Assembly (NCBI RefSeq): GCF_000150275.1
Contig: NW_002060944.1
Location: 623,614 to 687,613 of the forward strand
DNA from: Trichoplax adhaerens
Taxonomy: Eukaryota > Animalia > Placozoa
Length of the DNA: 64,000 bases
Reading direction: 5' to 3'
Part shown: positions 40,781 to 54,600 of the stretch, in pieces
Layout: each line of letters starts with the position of its first letter
How positions within the stretch are numbered: position 1 is the first letter of the stretch
Translations under genes and position numbers: made by a program
Notes under the pieces: model-generated
The model's input: only the letters and a program-made list of their open reading frames with translations
Databases searched by the model: none
Told to the model about the DNA's origin: nothing

Positions 40781-42119
40781 GGTTCAGTAATTTTTTACCG
40801 TGTACTCTGTATTAATTGGTAGTTAAGCATGCACCATGTAAGACCAATATTAGATTTAACTTAAGATTTCATCACACTACAAAGTATTAGATGAGTAATT
40901 TATTTCTACCAAGATCCCAGTACCAACTATTTAAATTTGTATATAAAATCACTGTTTTTGTATCGATAACACGGTGTTTTTATATAAAATTGCAGAGTGT
41001 AAAGTTTAATTTAATTAACTAGGTCGCCGATATATTAATATTCGAAGCATAGGTAGTTTACTTTAATCGGAGTCATAACATCAATATAGCTTTATCATCA
41101 TAGCTATGCTTAATATTGAGCGATTCTTTCTTTTTACTGCATGTAAGATCAGTTTTAGGCTTATATTTCTCCCTTTACAGCCGTAAAATTCTTTGTCATT
41201 ACGAATGCTTCTTGATTTCTACGAAATTTATCTTCAATCCTATCATTGGTCTAAAACATGGCGTGATTTTATATTCTGCCCTTCCTATCAGCTAGAACTG
41301 TTTATCAATCTACGGTAAGATCAATTTCAACTCTGTACAAATTGTAGAATTAAAGAATGTAACTGTAATAACAAAGCTATCAAGTTAATCAAGAACTACC
41401 TTATCGTAGTAATTTAATTACCGGTACTGTAACTTCATTTAGTCGTACAACTTATAACAATCCGAAATAGGTTCGATATTGACAGCAGCAGTCAATCAGT
41501 CTGGACCAGTATGATCGCTGGTGCTCTGATGTAAAGTAAAACTTTGGTATTTTGCTATTTGGATCGTCTTTAAATGAGTATAACTAGAGAGTTAAGCTAC
41601 ACTAATACAGCAATCAATCTCACGAAAATATTTACCGGTGCTTCGATGACTCTATTACGGTACATACAGTATACGTCTAGAAATTTTACACATTTTTACT
41701 CGTCCTTTCCCTTGAAGTCACTTATCAATATGGAATCAGTTTCAAGTGAGTAGAACTGAATAAGTAAACTAGAGTAATAAAATAATCGATTATAATTATC
41801 TTCGTTGCCGGTATGAAAATTTTCTACTCTACTAATCCTTTCACTAAAAATCGGTTGCCTACGCAACATCCATTTCAAGTTTGTAGAACTGGAAAATTAA
41901 ACGACAGTAAGACGGCAATTGATTCTTGAATAAGAGACTGATGGTATAGGCCGGAAATCCGAGAATTACAAATGAGTTAAATAACTCCAATGGAAATTCT
42001 ATTGCTACGTCAAAAAGTTTGCTTACACTTTCCGTCTACCGATACCAAGGAAACGAGAGGCAACAATACTATTTACTTCTTTTTAGCAACGTCCACAACT
42101 CTTCCAGTAAGCTTTACTT

Positions 42120-42420
42120 TACGTATCGGATGACGTGATAGGCAATTTAAGAGGTATAACAAGCTTTAAATAACTTAATTTCCTTGACAAATGGCCTTGA
42201 TAGTAATCTAAAGTCGATTTAGCAATGAAAACAGGCAAGAACATCCAAATGTTCTCGTCAACATTCGTCGGCCGCTAATAATATCTGACTAAGTTCCCAC
42301 CTCCCGATTGAGACCACGTGATCGTTACTGTACGCGTGCGCAGTCGTTAGCAGATGGATGGTAGAGTGGACGACGGGCTACTACCCTACACTGGCCGGGA
42401 TCGTATTTCGAGTTGAATTT
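42120..42420. promoter_or_regulatory. CpG/GC-rich promoter-like island
   Basis: Local GC rise containing TGACGTGA (42131-42138), CACGTG (42315-42320) and ACGCGTGCGCA (42332-42342), between the divergent TRPA-C and Caskin genes. Confidence 0.55.
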
Positions 42421-43869
42421 ATTCTTCATCCCCTTGAGGTTTTAAATAATATAGGTTATACTTTAGTAGTTTAAGTTAGCTTAAGTATTGTTTTGATAGA
42501 CTGAATAGAAGGAGCTGGCAATTCTATGACTATGATTGATAAATTCAAACAAAACGTTGAAATTTTATTCCTATGTACGGTACAAAATGATATGGTAAGG
42601 AAATTTCGCCAATGGATATTATGCCATTGTCGCATATTGGGCAGCTATAAGTAAAAGAGGTGGAATAACGGGTAATTTTCACCTAATCAAGCTAAATTAT
42701 AGAGATTGACGAGTAGAAACTATGCCATAACTACCAGAGTATGAACCAAGTTTACAGAGCACTTGATAAGATAGATTACTTATCAGCCAGGAAAAGAGTG
42801 GAAAACATTATACTCTCTCGCATTTTGCCGATAAGCAAAATTCCGAATTAATGAATTAGCGTCTGGTTATTTCGTGAAGTGAAAATGGTAAAAACTGCAA
42901 GATAATTGTGGCATTCATACAATAAGCCAACAGGCATTAGTGATGATACAATAGTCCTTCTATTATGTATTGAATATATACCCTGAGAAATGCAGTTGTA
43001 CCAGTATTTTACAGCTGTTTTCACATGCATTTAGCAACAGTCATCAATTCCAATTGAAATCGTTATAGAGCCATTTATTACAGTGAAATAACTTTGAAAT
43101 GATCAAGATGAAGATTAGTCATATTGATATCCTTGTTAGACTGATTGATAGTAGATTTTTATTTTACAAGTATAATACTTTTACTAGTTTCATCAGTAGC
43201 GTATTAATAATAACCTCTCAAGTACTGTACACTATATGTAAGTTAACTATTTAACTTTTACTAATGTACAGTGAATAACGGTTACTACTTCAAACTCGAG
43301 CTGCTACAGTGCCGTTTATTGGATTAGAATAACTATAAAAGGATTAAATGTAGATTAATGATAATGGTATCGCTAGTATAATGATTCATAGCGAATTTTT
43401 CATTTTATAATAGTAGCAACTTTACCCGATCATTTAAATATAATCAGAGAATCATTCAGTAACCACGCTCACAAATGTAAAAGTTATACTTTAAGTAAGA
43501 CCGCTATCACGTATATTAGCAACGGCTACTGCTTCAAATAAACAGTATAAACAAATATTAATTCAGTAGCTATTTTTGCTATAGTTTCAAGAAGCCACAG
43601 ATCAATTCGCCTTGGTTGTAGTTCTTTCCATGCTGATCTTTAAGCTGTAATTTAATGTATAACATCGCAAGAAATTTGATAGTACTTATATTACCGATAC
43701 TTATTCAATCCTTAAAATACTGTAAATATCATTTGCGATCAAACACTACGAAATAATGCTAGTAAATACAAGAATTGACAGTCATCATGTAGCAATCTAT
43801 TTATCCTCATCTCTTGCAAATAAATACCATACAAAGGAGAGGCAATCAAACCACCTTCAGTAACCATAC

Positions 43870-44960
43870 GTTGAACAATAACTTGAAGAATAAAATAATA
43901 CACAAGTATTCTCAGGAATCTAAAGTATTCTATTCGTAATATAGATTCCTAGGCAATGTCTACAGCAAATCGCCTTATCCCTACAAATAGACATTATTTA
44001 ATTGATAGACAATCAACCCACTTTTATAAGCCAGAGTTAGAACAAACAACTTGGAGAATAAATAAGTGCACTAGTAATCTTGAGAATATAGCGTATTCTA
44101 TCCATGATTTAAATTGCTAAGCAATGCTCAGTCTAGGTCATCTTATTCCCAGAAATTTATCCTATCATATATATATATATATATATAGACCTTATCAATC
44201 ATACCTAATAGCTAGACAATCACATCAATTACACTAATCGTGTAAATTTATACTAGCGCATATTATAAGGCATATCTATTATATAATTCAATAGATAGGC
44301 TATAAAATCATGTTCAATATGCATGCCTTGAGCAATTCTTTGCAGAATGGAATAATATACAATTACTCTTAAGAATTGGTTCTTCTAATCAAGGCGCATA
44401 TTGCTAGCCTATACCATCTTATCCCCTACTAACCCATTCCATACAATCCTATCCAATTGATAGGCAATCGGAACACTTTCATTAAACATCCTTTAATAAT
44501 AACTCGAAGAACAAAATAATATACAATTCCTCTCAAGAGTCGATAGCATTCCACTCATAATATAGATTACTAGCCAATATCTACATTAATTGGTCTTATT
44601 CCAATAAATAGATACTATTCAATAGATAGTCAAACTACTGTACTTTCATTAAACGAGACGTTGAATAATAACTCGAAGAATAAAATAACTATTCAAATAC
44701 TCAAAAGAATAGAAAGTATTCCTTTTATGAAGTATATTGTTACCCAGTATCTATTCTATATGGTCTTTACGTACTTAGTTCATTATTTGAAGTAGAACTA
44801 CTCTATCACCTGGAAAAGCTGCTGGTAATAATAGCAATGATACCGTCAGGAGAAGTAAAATGATGACAATAACGTTTACAATATCAAATCAACAATAATA
44901 TATTATCTCACAAGCAATAAAGTAATTAATATTAACAATAACTCGATAAAATAACCAAGA
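43870..44960. repeat. Degenerate ~169-bp satellite with an embedded (AT)n microsatellite (~44168-44187)
   Basis: Anchor aataact(t/c)gaagaa(t/c)aaaataa recurs near 43878, 44045, 44340, 44498, 44667 and 44937. Confidence 0.7.
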
Positions 44961-45607
44961 CAGTAGAGAAATGACTCTAACCAATCATACGGCAAGTAAA
45001 AACTAGTCAATACCTATCTTTTATTGATCAGTAGATTGAAGACTGCCATCAACAATATCCAGACATGGATATTGCATGAAGTTAAAGTCAATAGATACTT
45101 TTAATTTGATTTCGCGTGGGTTGTTTATTGATATAGAATTTATATTTCTATTGAATATTGAAACTGCTAGATTCAAGTGTTCATGCGCATACTTGCATAG
45201 ACATTTGTTTAATCCATCTGTTTTGCTTTTCCGGCATGGTATTACCGTCTTGGTTACTTTTCAATCTCATTCAGTAGCTTTAATTGCCTTGATTTTCATG
45301 TAGGGATCGATTTTCATCATCCGTATTGCATAAACTATCTTTGATAAGTCGATTATGGTGATGAGAACATAATCCTCTACACCTAGACCAGTTTTATTTG
45401 CTGCTACTGTTTCTTTTTTGAAAGCTAGATTTGAATATTGTTATTGTCTTTACATTAGTTTCCTTTATTGGCTGTTTCGTTCCCTCTGGCTTCGTTTATC
45501 TTTAGTGTCTATTTTAACTCATCAAAATCTCGTAACTTGGAATTCTTTTAACCATCGATAACTCATTGATTAAAAGTTTGGCTAGTCAGCTTTAACGGCA
45601 AATCAAG

Positions 45608-48600
45608 ATGGGCAAGAATAATGATTTTATCAATGCTATCAAGTGCGGCGATATCCGATTAGTTAAAGAAGAACTCAATACTCATAAGCGATCAGCATTT
45701 AAAGGTAATAAAATACATCATGTTATCTACTCCTTAAACAAATTCTATCGTGGCTTCATCATGTTATCCAATTACTGTAAATACGTTTTGGTATTGTTAA
45801 AGCAATTTGCAGCTTTTTTTACTTGTCATCTCAACTAAAGCAGTTTGTTAGAGAGCAAAGGGGAATTTTTGCTCATGATGGAAGCTATACTATGTGAAAT
45901 AACTCCATTTAATACTAAACAATAAGATCGAAAGAATTCTTTCCATGAGTAGTGAGAACTATTTTACAATAATGACTTTAATTATCCAATCCTCTCGTGA
46001 TATTTCAAAATACTGTGAGAAATTGTATATACTTGATGGCTAAAAAATCATGCCTATCGATATTTGGCCAAGACATTAAACAATTTCAGTCATTTCGCTA
46101 CTTCCTTTCATTTGTAGTATCCTTCATGGATGCCATCAATCCACTAAGTTGTCGTTAATCAAATTTTCAATATCCTCTTATAGAATGAAATGGTGTAGAA
46201 TATTACTGCGAGTTACTAGGTTCTTTATTATCCCATTTTGTTGTCAACAATCGTGTCTATTTTATGATTGAAAAAACATCGATCGTTACTGAATCATGAA
46301 ATTAAATCATTTTGATCATTTTGCTCTTTTCTTTCATTTGTAATGCCTTCTATGAATATCTTCAATCTTTTACGTTCTCGCTAATCTGATTTTCAACTTT
46401 GGTGCTATAAAATGAGGTGTTACAGAAAACTGTAGGAAGTTGTGTCAACTTTTTATTATCAGCAAAGCTTAATGATAATTAGATCAAACGACTTGTGCCA
46501 TTTCCATCGTTTTGCTACATTCGTCGAATGGTACGCCATGATGATGACTGTTATTAATCTCATGCAGTTTATTGTAACTGAATAACGTACTAACATTCCA
46601 TCAGCTTTAATTTTTATTGCTTTTGATTTGAAAATTCATATCGAGAAACGTGCCATAACGTAATTTCGTAGGTGATTATGTCAACCTTTTTTGATTGAAA
46701 GAAAACGTTCAATATACTATACGGCTCTAAGAAATGGAACCATTTTAAAAATTTCTGTCTACAGATAGAATAAAAATTGTCCTTGTAATCATTCTTATTG
46801 ATTGAATGGCGTAGATCAATGCGCTTGGTTGTTGTATAGTCTTAGAATAAGCAGCAACAGTATTCTACATTGCTTTAACTTTTACATAACATGAATTTGA
46901 AGTCCATACTATAAAATATGATATTACAAATGCTGCAGATAGTTCTGTCAATATTATGATTGAAAGAATTTTCTTAACGGGAATTGGCACTAAAAATATT
47001 ATACTTTTCCGATTTCCCCTGAGTACTTATCAAATGCCATGGTGATCAATATTATTCCTTGCTTAGAGTAGATTTTACCGGTAGGATGGATATATACTTA
47101 ATCTTGTTACTAAACAGTGCCAATGTTATGTTCGCTCTAATTTCTAGTTGACTGTAATATAAAATCTTTTCTATAATACGTGATAGAACAGAATGCTATC
47201 TGCAGTTGTATCAACATCGTTATTGAAAGAAATAATTAACGGGGACTTAGCGCTAAGGAATTTTACCATGCTGATCTTTTCTCAGTACGTGTTAATAGAC
47301 AAGCCATTACATGATAACCGATTTATTTATCGTATGGAATGGAATTTTACGAAAAAATTCAAATTAAAGGGTGCCGAGATTCCGTTCATTTTATTTTCCA
47401 TCAAACCTAAATTAAAAATCCATATTGTAAATCGTAATAAAGTAGAAAGTTACGGGTAGTTGTGCTAATGATATGATTGAAAGAAGTCGTTATAGCCATT
47501 TCGATGGTACCTTTGAAGTCGTCGAATGGTATAACATTCTGATCAATATAATCGATTATTGTAGTTTACAGTGTCTATTTTGATTTCTACTTAAAAAATA
47601 CCTTAGAGAATTTTTGTATTCGAGTAATGGAAATTTCAAGCTAACTGAGTGTATATAATTAATACTGTCACGATGATTATTTATTCACTACTGAAATAGG
47701 ATACTCTAAGTCAAGTTGAATATGTGTATACTCTTGTACTGACACAAATTTTAAGTTTTATATCTATCATTGGAAGCCATCACTTTTAACTATTGTCCAT
47801 TCAAATTTTTATTAAATCTCTATTACGCTTAAAATGCAAAAGTATATAGGAGACCTTAAGTTTCTGATTCTGAACAAGAACTGATCTATTTCGCATTGAA
47901 AGAATGGCTTAACGGTATCCTATCTAGCTATACTCGTAGTCAATATATAAATCGGGATGTTCTCAGCTTTACGAATGATCTGATTCAAGCGGAAATCAAA
48001 ATTGATAAATTACAACTGTGAATAGTAGTGATAAAAATTTTATGCCTTCACCAATATCACAAGATACACATCACTCTTTTCGTAACTTATATGAGTATTT
48101 ATAAATCTCGTATTCAGGGTGAACTGAATGATTAAATCGTAATTATTAAAAGTATCTTGCTAGCACTTCTACCATAACACATTTTATTTATTGTTAGATA
48201 TATTAGCTCGTTCAGGCATAAAATGATTATAATCATTAATTGACGTTACAAATTCTAATCTTGAGAAGCTAGTCCCTACATCTGACTGGACAGAATTTTA
48301 GCCAATCACGAATCTATAATTATCTTAGGATATCCTGATACAAAAAATATTAAATGTATGCAAGCTATGCTCAATCATTACGATGGTCACCTTAAATCTG
48401 ATAGGATAAAGCAATTTATTCACCCTTCAAGTAAGAACTATTTCGTTCTGTTGAACAATTCTATCCTATGGTAATAACCTTTTCAATAGAAAAGGTGATA
48501 ATTTACACCTGCATCTCTATCTGGTTCTGTTTTGCTTTAATTAAACCTAAATAACTCTTTATTACTAAGTTGCGTATCCATACTGCTAGCTTCGAAGACT

Positions 48601-51600
48601 GCTATAAATGCTTTTAATAATTATAAAAAAATTAACTGATGACGAGGATTATATTATCCTAAGCTGGGCAAAGCCTCGAGTTTTTTAAGAAAAAGAAATC
48701 ACTTGTCTAATGACCAAGGCAATAAATTCTTGTCTATAGGATGAATAAACGTGGATTCTGCCAGTATCGAAATTAAGAATATTTAACTTCTAGAATCAAA
48801 AAATACGATTAGCAGCATTTAAAGATTTAAGGACTCTTCATGGCTATAGTTATAATTGACTAGCTCAAATTTTACTTAAATTTGTAATAACACCATTTTA
48901 AACATTTCAAAACGTGCTTTTAATTCTATTAGTTTAGAACATCCGATACTTTGTACCTCTTTTAATTTCAAAACTCTATTATGACATTGTTATTCCAAAT
49001 CAAATTTTTGAACGATTTAACGGCTATAAAAATAATAGCGGCAGACTAGTGAGTATTAATTTTACTCAAATGTCAACTGAAATAAAAGACTAAAATTGGA
49101 GAGGTTGGGGTAAGTGTTCCGTTTTACACTTATACGAATTAGCACCACTGAGGTTGGGCATTTACTTTTAATGAACTTGTTTAAGTAATGACTTTTATTT
49201 CAACTGTAATGAACAATATTCAAATCAAATTTGAAAGTTCTAAGAGCCTCTAAGAATGAATTAATGATGTCATAACGGAAGAAAGTTAATTTACTTCATA
49301 AGTTAGGGCAATTTCTTCCTGTTATAGCGGAAAATCAACGCCAACGGTTGCCACTACCTTCCTTCCCTTCGTTATGATAATTATAATGCCACATCCTTTA
49401 AATATTTCATTTTTTGATTAAATTCTTGGAATCTCATTGACTTTTGCTTATATGACATCAATACATATTTATCGATACAACCAGCTAAGATCTATTTTTA
49501 TCATATTATAAGATTAAAACAGACATATATACTCGTATTAACGCCATTCTACGCCTATAAATACAAGAACCTAGTTATCTTGATTGCCCCTATCCTCGTC
49601 GACTCATCCTTATTACTTTTGTCCCACATCATCAGGTTGGAGGTGGTAAAGGACTAATATTATTCATTTAATATTAGCAGAGACATTCATTTCTTCTGTA
49701 ATATCAAAATATTTATTATGAGAGTTAGAACGAGGAAGATGATACACTAAAATCAATATATACTATTCTTCCATTATCAATAATGTGATTCCTTTATGGT
49801 TATACAAGGATTCCTGAATAGCCACTACAAGATACTAGAGTTGCTAGCGTCGAGAAAAATTTTTTTACAGTATTCGGTTCGCTATAGTTTAAATTGGTAA
49901 CCGAAAAAAGATGATCTGCAATCATAATATAAAAATAATATCTCTCCACTACTACTGTACTTGTTTTTAATATAAACAAAAGATTTACCTTTTAATACCG
50001 TATACAGATAAAGCTAAATCTACTTTCATCCACGGTTAATTTTAGCATTAAATTTCCTAAAGTAATATCCGTAATATTGTAGAATTCGACACAACAACGA
50101 TTATTAATCTAATTTCAGCTTCTTCCACATTGAAATCTACATTTCCTATAGGAATGCTAGCATCTTTCTATCATTTCATTTAACAGCAAAAGCAATGAAT
50201 ACTTTCGTCTGCAATTACTTTTAAAATCCATATTTTCATTAAAAATAACCTTAATATTGCAGTATTTTATCCAATAATAATTGATATTATATGTTACTTA
50301 TATACTGTTATTAAATAACAATTCTGTTGATCATTTAAATACATTCTATCTATTGACTAGCTTTCATGTCGAATGGACCGAAAGGAATTTCCAAAAAGTT
50401 CAATATTGATTTCCAAGACAGTACTAGGTAAATTGGCTTTAGATGTGAATCCGTTCATTAGGAGAAATTAACCATAGGTAGATTTAGGGTTTACCATGAT
50501 AACTATTCTTACTGTTGAATCTTGCTCCGCTATAAATTCTAAACAATATCCTCCTTGTTACAACCGGCAGTTTCCGTATGTATTCATTACGTTGCTATAT
50601 GTTACGATCTCGTAATTTCTATTCTACTCTGTTATCTTCACTTTGAATAAGTAAAGCTAATAAAATCTAAGGTAAAAATAAACCAAATTAAAACAGCCTG
50701 AAGAGAATTTTCTTCTTCAGTCTCCTTGATATTGTAGTTATGGATTTGTAATTTGAGAATCATGAAATTTACCTCTACATCATTTCTATTCAAGATTATA
50801 CTGTACCTACTCCTGATTCCTTTATAAAGTAGGCGAAAATAGCCATGATCAGTTATTAATTACCAAGCCTTTTTTCTGCACTTCATAGTCTTTCTCCATT
50901 GCATTATGGGGCTCTATGCGATAATCGTGACATTATTGAACTGCTCATCGATTCTGGAGCTTCGTTAGATATTACGGACTGTAATGGTAAATTCTTATAA
51001 ACATACCGCTGATCATTTAGGGTAAGACTATATCAGATGGAAATGGATCTAAAATAATTCATTTTCTATATCTAATCACATATAGGCATGTCTCCACTCC
51101 ATTTAGCTTGTTGGAAAGATGCATTAAATGCTTTAGATATTTTAATTGAAGCTGGTGCTAACGTTAATCTGCAGTCTCGCAGCGGCGATACACCTCTACA
51201 TTTAGCAGTGCAAGATGGCCACTTCAAAGTGGTACTTTTTAATTCTGTTATAAAAATAGTACAGATAGATGACAACAGATAAGAGCATAATTTTAACTTT
51301 ATTGAAATCGATCATTTAAATTTCTGTCCTTTAATTTAGGTCAAATTTCTGTTAACAAAATCAATAGCAGCAACGATGAAAAATCGAGCTGGAGAAACCG
51401 CTCTAGATCTCGCATGCCAATATGGCTACAAAAAGGTAAGCATGTTGCAATCTCTACGTGCTAGTACTTGCATAGTTTTAGGTGTATAGGCTTATTTTCG
51501 ATCTCTTCAGATAGGATAGCAACTACCAACTGCAGAATAGTTCCGTATCAAAAAATTACTAGTATCAAAATTCGCGTGTACTGTCATTTCGGCATTGTTC

Positions 51601-54600
51601 ACTAATGTTTCGTCCGAGATAATATCGTATCATTGTATGTAATGCACTTGAAATGGAAAAATTTTCTTCGATTCAGGCTGACCTCGCAGCAATTAGTCTA
51701 TTTACAGAATAAATTCCATCTATTATTTTTTTTATGCACAGGTTGTTGAAGCCTTGCTGGAAGGAATATGGAAAGAGAAATTTGTTCATATTCATAAGGA
51801 TGATCAAAGTCCGTTAATGACCGCGGCCCGTTGTGGACGTGCAGATATTGTAAAGTAAATGGCAGAATAGAGACTAAGGAATACCGATAATATTTAAAAC
51901 AGTAGCAAAAAATAGAAACCGAACGATGAGATAGTAAACGTCATTTTTAACACCTGATTTTTCGTTAATTAGTGTATTAGTTGAGGCTGGATTTGATATC
52001 AATCGTAAAGCGGCTAATGGGACGGCATTACATGAAGCTACATTATTCAGTAAAATCGAAGTAGTAGAACTATTAATCGAGGTAAATCTTCTTCACTATG
52101 GAAATAGTTTAATTCACTAGAATTAATAGCATAAATTGTGACCGTCTCATAATTATCATTTTGCAGTTATTATAAAACTGTTAACAGGAAATGCAACTGG
52201 AAAATTTTCAAATTATTTCTTTTTTATCAGCATGAAATCGACGTCATGATTAAAAATGACTTTGGTGAAACCGCATTAGATATTGCTAATAAATTTAATT
52301 CCTCGGTCTTGGTCGATGAAATCCGCCTTCTTATTGAAGGTTAAGTATTAATTAGTAATAAAAGTAGTGATAGAAATGTAGTGGCGATGGTAGTTCGAGA
52401 AATTATCTAAAATCCTGCTCGAAATTACTATACGGATATAAGCATACTAGAACATGCGACAAATGATTGTTCCTTTATTGAAAGGAAGAAGTGACATCAA
52501 ACCTATTTAATAGCTAGCAAACAGATAAATTCTGTCTTATAGTACGGTAGCTGTTAAATTTGGTTTAGCAAATCTCAAAAAATATTGAGACAATCATTAG
52601 GTGTTGAAATTAATTAATTACTGATAGAATTGATCATCACCTTAACTTGACAGTTTTCACCCAGATGATTTTGATCTTACTACGGCAGTTCAATTCGGTA
52701 TAAGATGTCTGCTATATATATTGAACCTATCAGCGAAGAATTTTCGTAAAGTTTACAAATATTTCATAGCGCAATATCGTTGTAATTGAAGTGTTATAGA
52801 CGTAGTCAATTGCTGTAATTAGATATTGCATAAGCACTGCATATGCTCAAGTACTTATTGCATTGATACTACAGCATATCTTATTGACTTGGTTGTTAAT
52901 TTTCATGTCCTGATATTAGCTTTTAACAGATCAATCCTTTTGATACTTAGTGTTGAGTTTGAATATAACTTCTGACGTATAATTACTGCATCATCTACAG
53001 CCATGTATAGAACTTTTGCGTCTCGGCGTTGGCACTTATTGCTAAAATACATTGCAGTAAATTCACTACCTACATATGATTTTGTTCACAGGAGCTATGA
53101 AAGAAAAGGAAAAGCCGTCCAGTTTCAGACATAGTATAAGAAAGTCAGCTCATCTTGATCAGGATAACGAAAATTCAGATAAGGTAAACATTTAGTACCG
53201 TAAAATAGGGTCATAATCTATCGACTACATATTCCTGTTGATATAAATAATTTAATTGGTGTTTCTTTCCAAGAATCCTAACTAATTTATCATGTTTATA
53301 TTTGAAGCTCTGCTGTCTGTAAATACTGTAATTTATTGATTAATAAATTTTTATAATTTATGATACACCTTCTTCAATTCGAAAAACATTACTTCCCATA
53401 ATCTGATCAATTCTGCCATACCCATTGTACGGCAGGCTTATAGCAAAAGTTGTTCAAGTTTTGCAGAGCCTTTACATTATTGCAAAAAAAATCCTTGAAA
53501 GTGTTATACATTGAATTAATTTTCGGCTATAGGAAATCAATTAAGCTTCCATAACTCGATTAGATCTATAAAATTATTATTCATTCCAGAGGCTAAAATA
53601 ATTCATTTCACAATATCAACCACAGACTAATAACGTTAAAAAAAGTAAGAAAAATAAAGCATCTTCATTTGATATTCCCGAAAGCTCGACAGTAGCACAA
53701 ACTGAAATAGTCATTGAACATTATCCCGATCCGCGAAACCATCTACATGGAATAGGATCCAATGGCCGTGGCAGTGGCAACCATAAGCGTTCTAATAATA
53801 TGATGGACGTAAGAGATCACTCCGAAAGTGGGCAAATTATTAGTAGTCATACTAGCGTGCCATTAGGTTCGAGAGAAAATATTGTAATTTATGCACCGTA
53901 TAATTTAAAATTATCATAACTTAATAAAATTTCTATGGTGCACAATATAAAATTGTAAATTCGAGGTTATATCTTTTAAACTGCTACTATGTAGGTTTTA
54001 TTTCAATCAATTCTAATATTAGAAAGGATTATTATTCACCGAAAGTATCCCTAGGCCTTCAGAATCATGCAATTAACCACGGTATAGTCGATCTATTGTA
54101 AATGATTGTCTATATATTCAAGAGCCAGTAAAATCATTCTCCCGGAAATGATAATAAGGAGAAAAATAGAGTTTTGTCAACAGTGTTATTTTAATATTTG
54201 CTTTTAACGGCAACATCTTGTCCAATTAGACAATAGTGGTCGATCTAAACCGGTTAGGATTGAAAAAGATGGGGCTATAGTATCAGCCTTTAATCAGATT
54301 ACAACAGAAAATGCTGGATATATTAATCAGTTAAACATCATGCAAAATATTGCTTCTCACAGGCTTTTAGACATTTCTCCTACAGGGAAAGTACCTCTAG
54401 GTAAGGATAACTATGACTATTTGATTTTATCTTTTGGAATATTTATTGCTAAGAATCGTGTAGCAATTTCGATGACTAAAGTAAAATTATATCCTGGTAA
54501 GTGGAGAAATAATACTTTAACTGATATTAATCAGTGTTGGATGGCTTAATTTTATCATGTTAGGCATGATGCGTGCCAGAACTCTATCAATGTTAGGACC

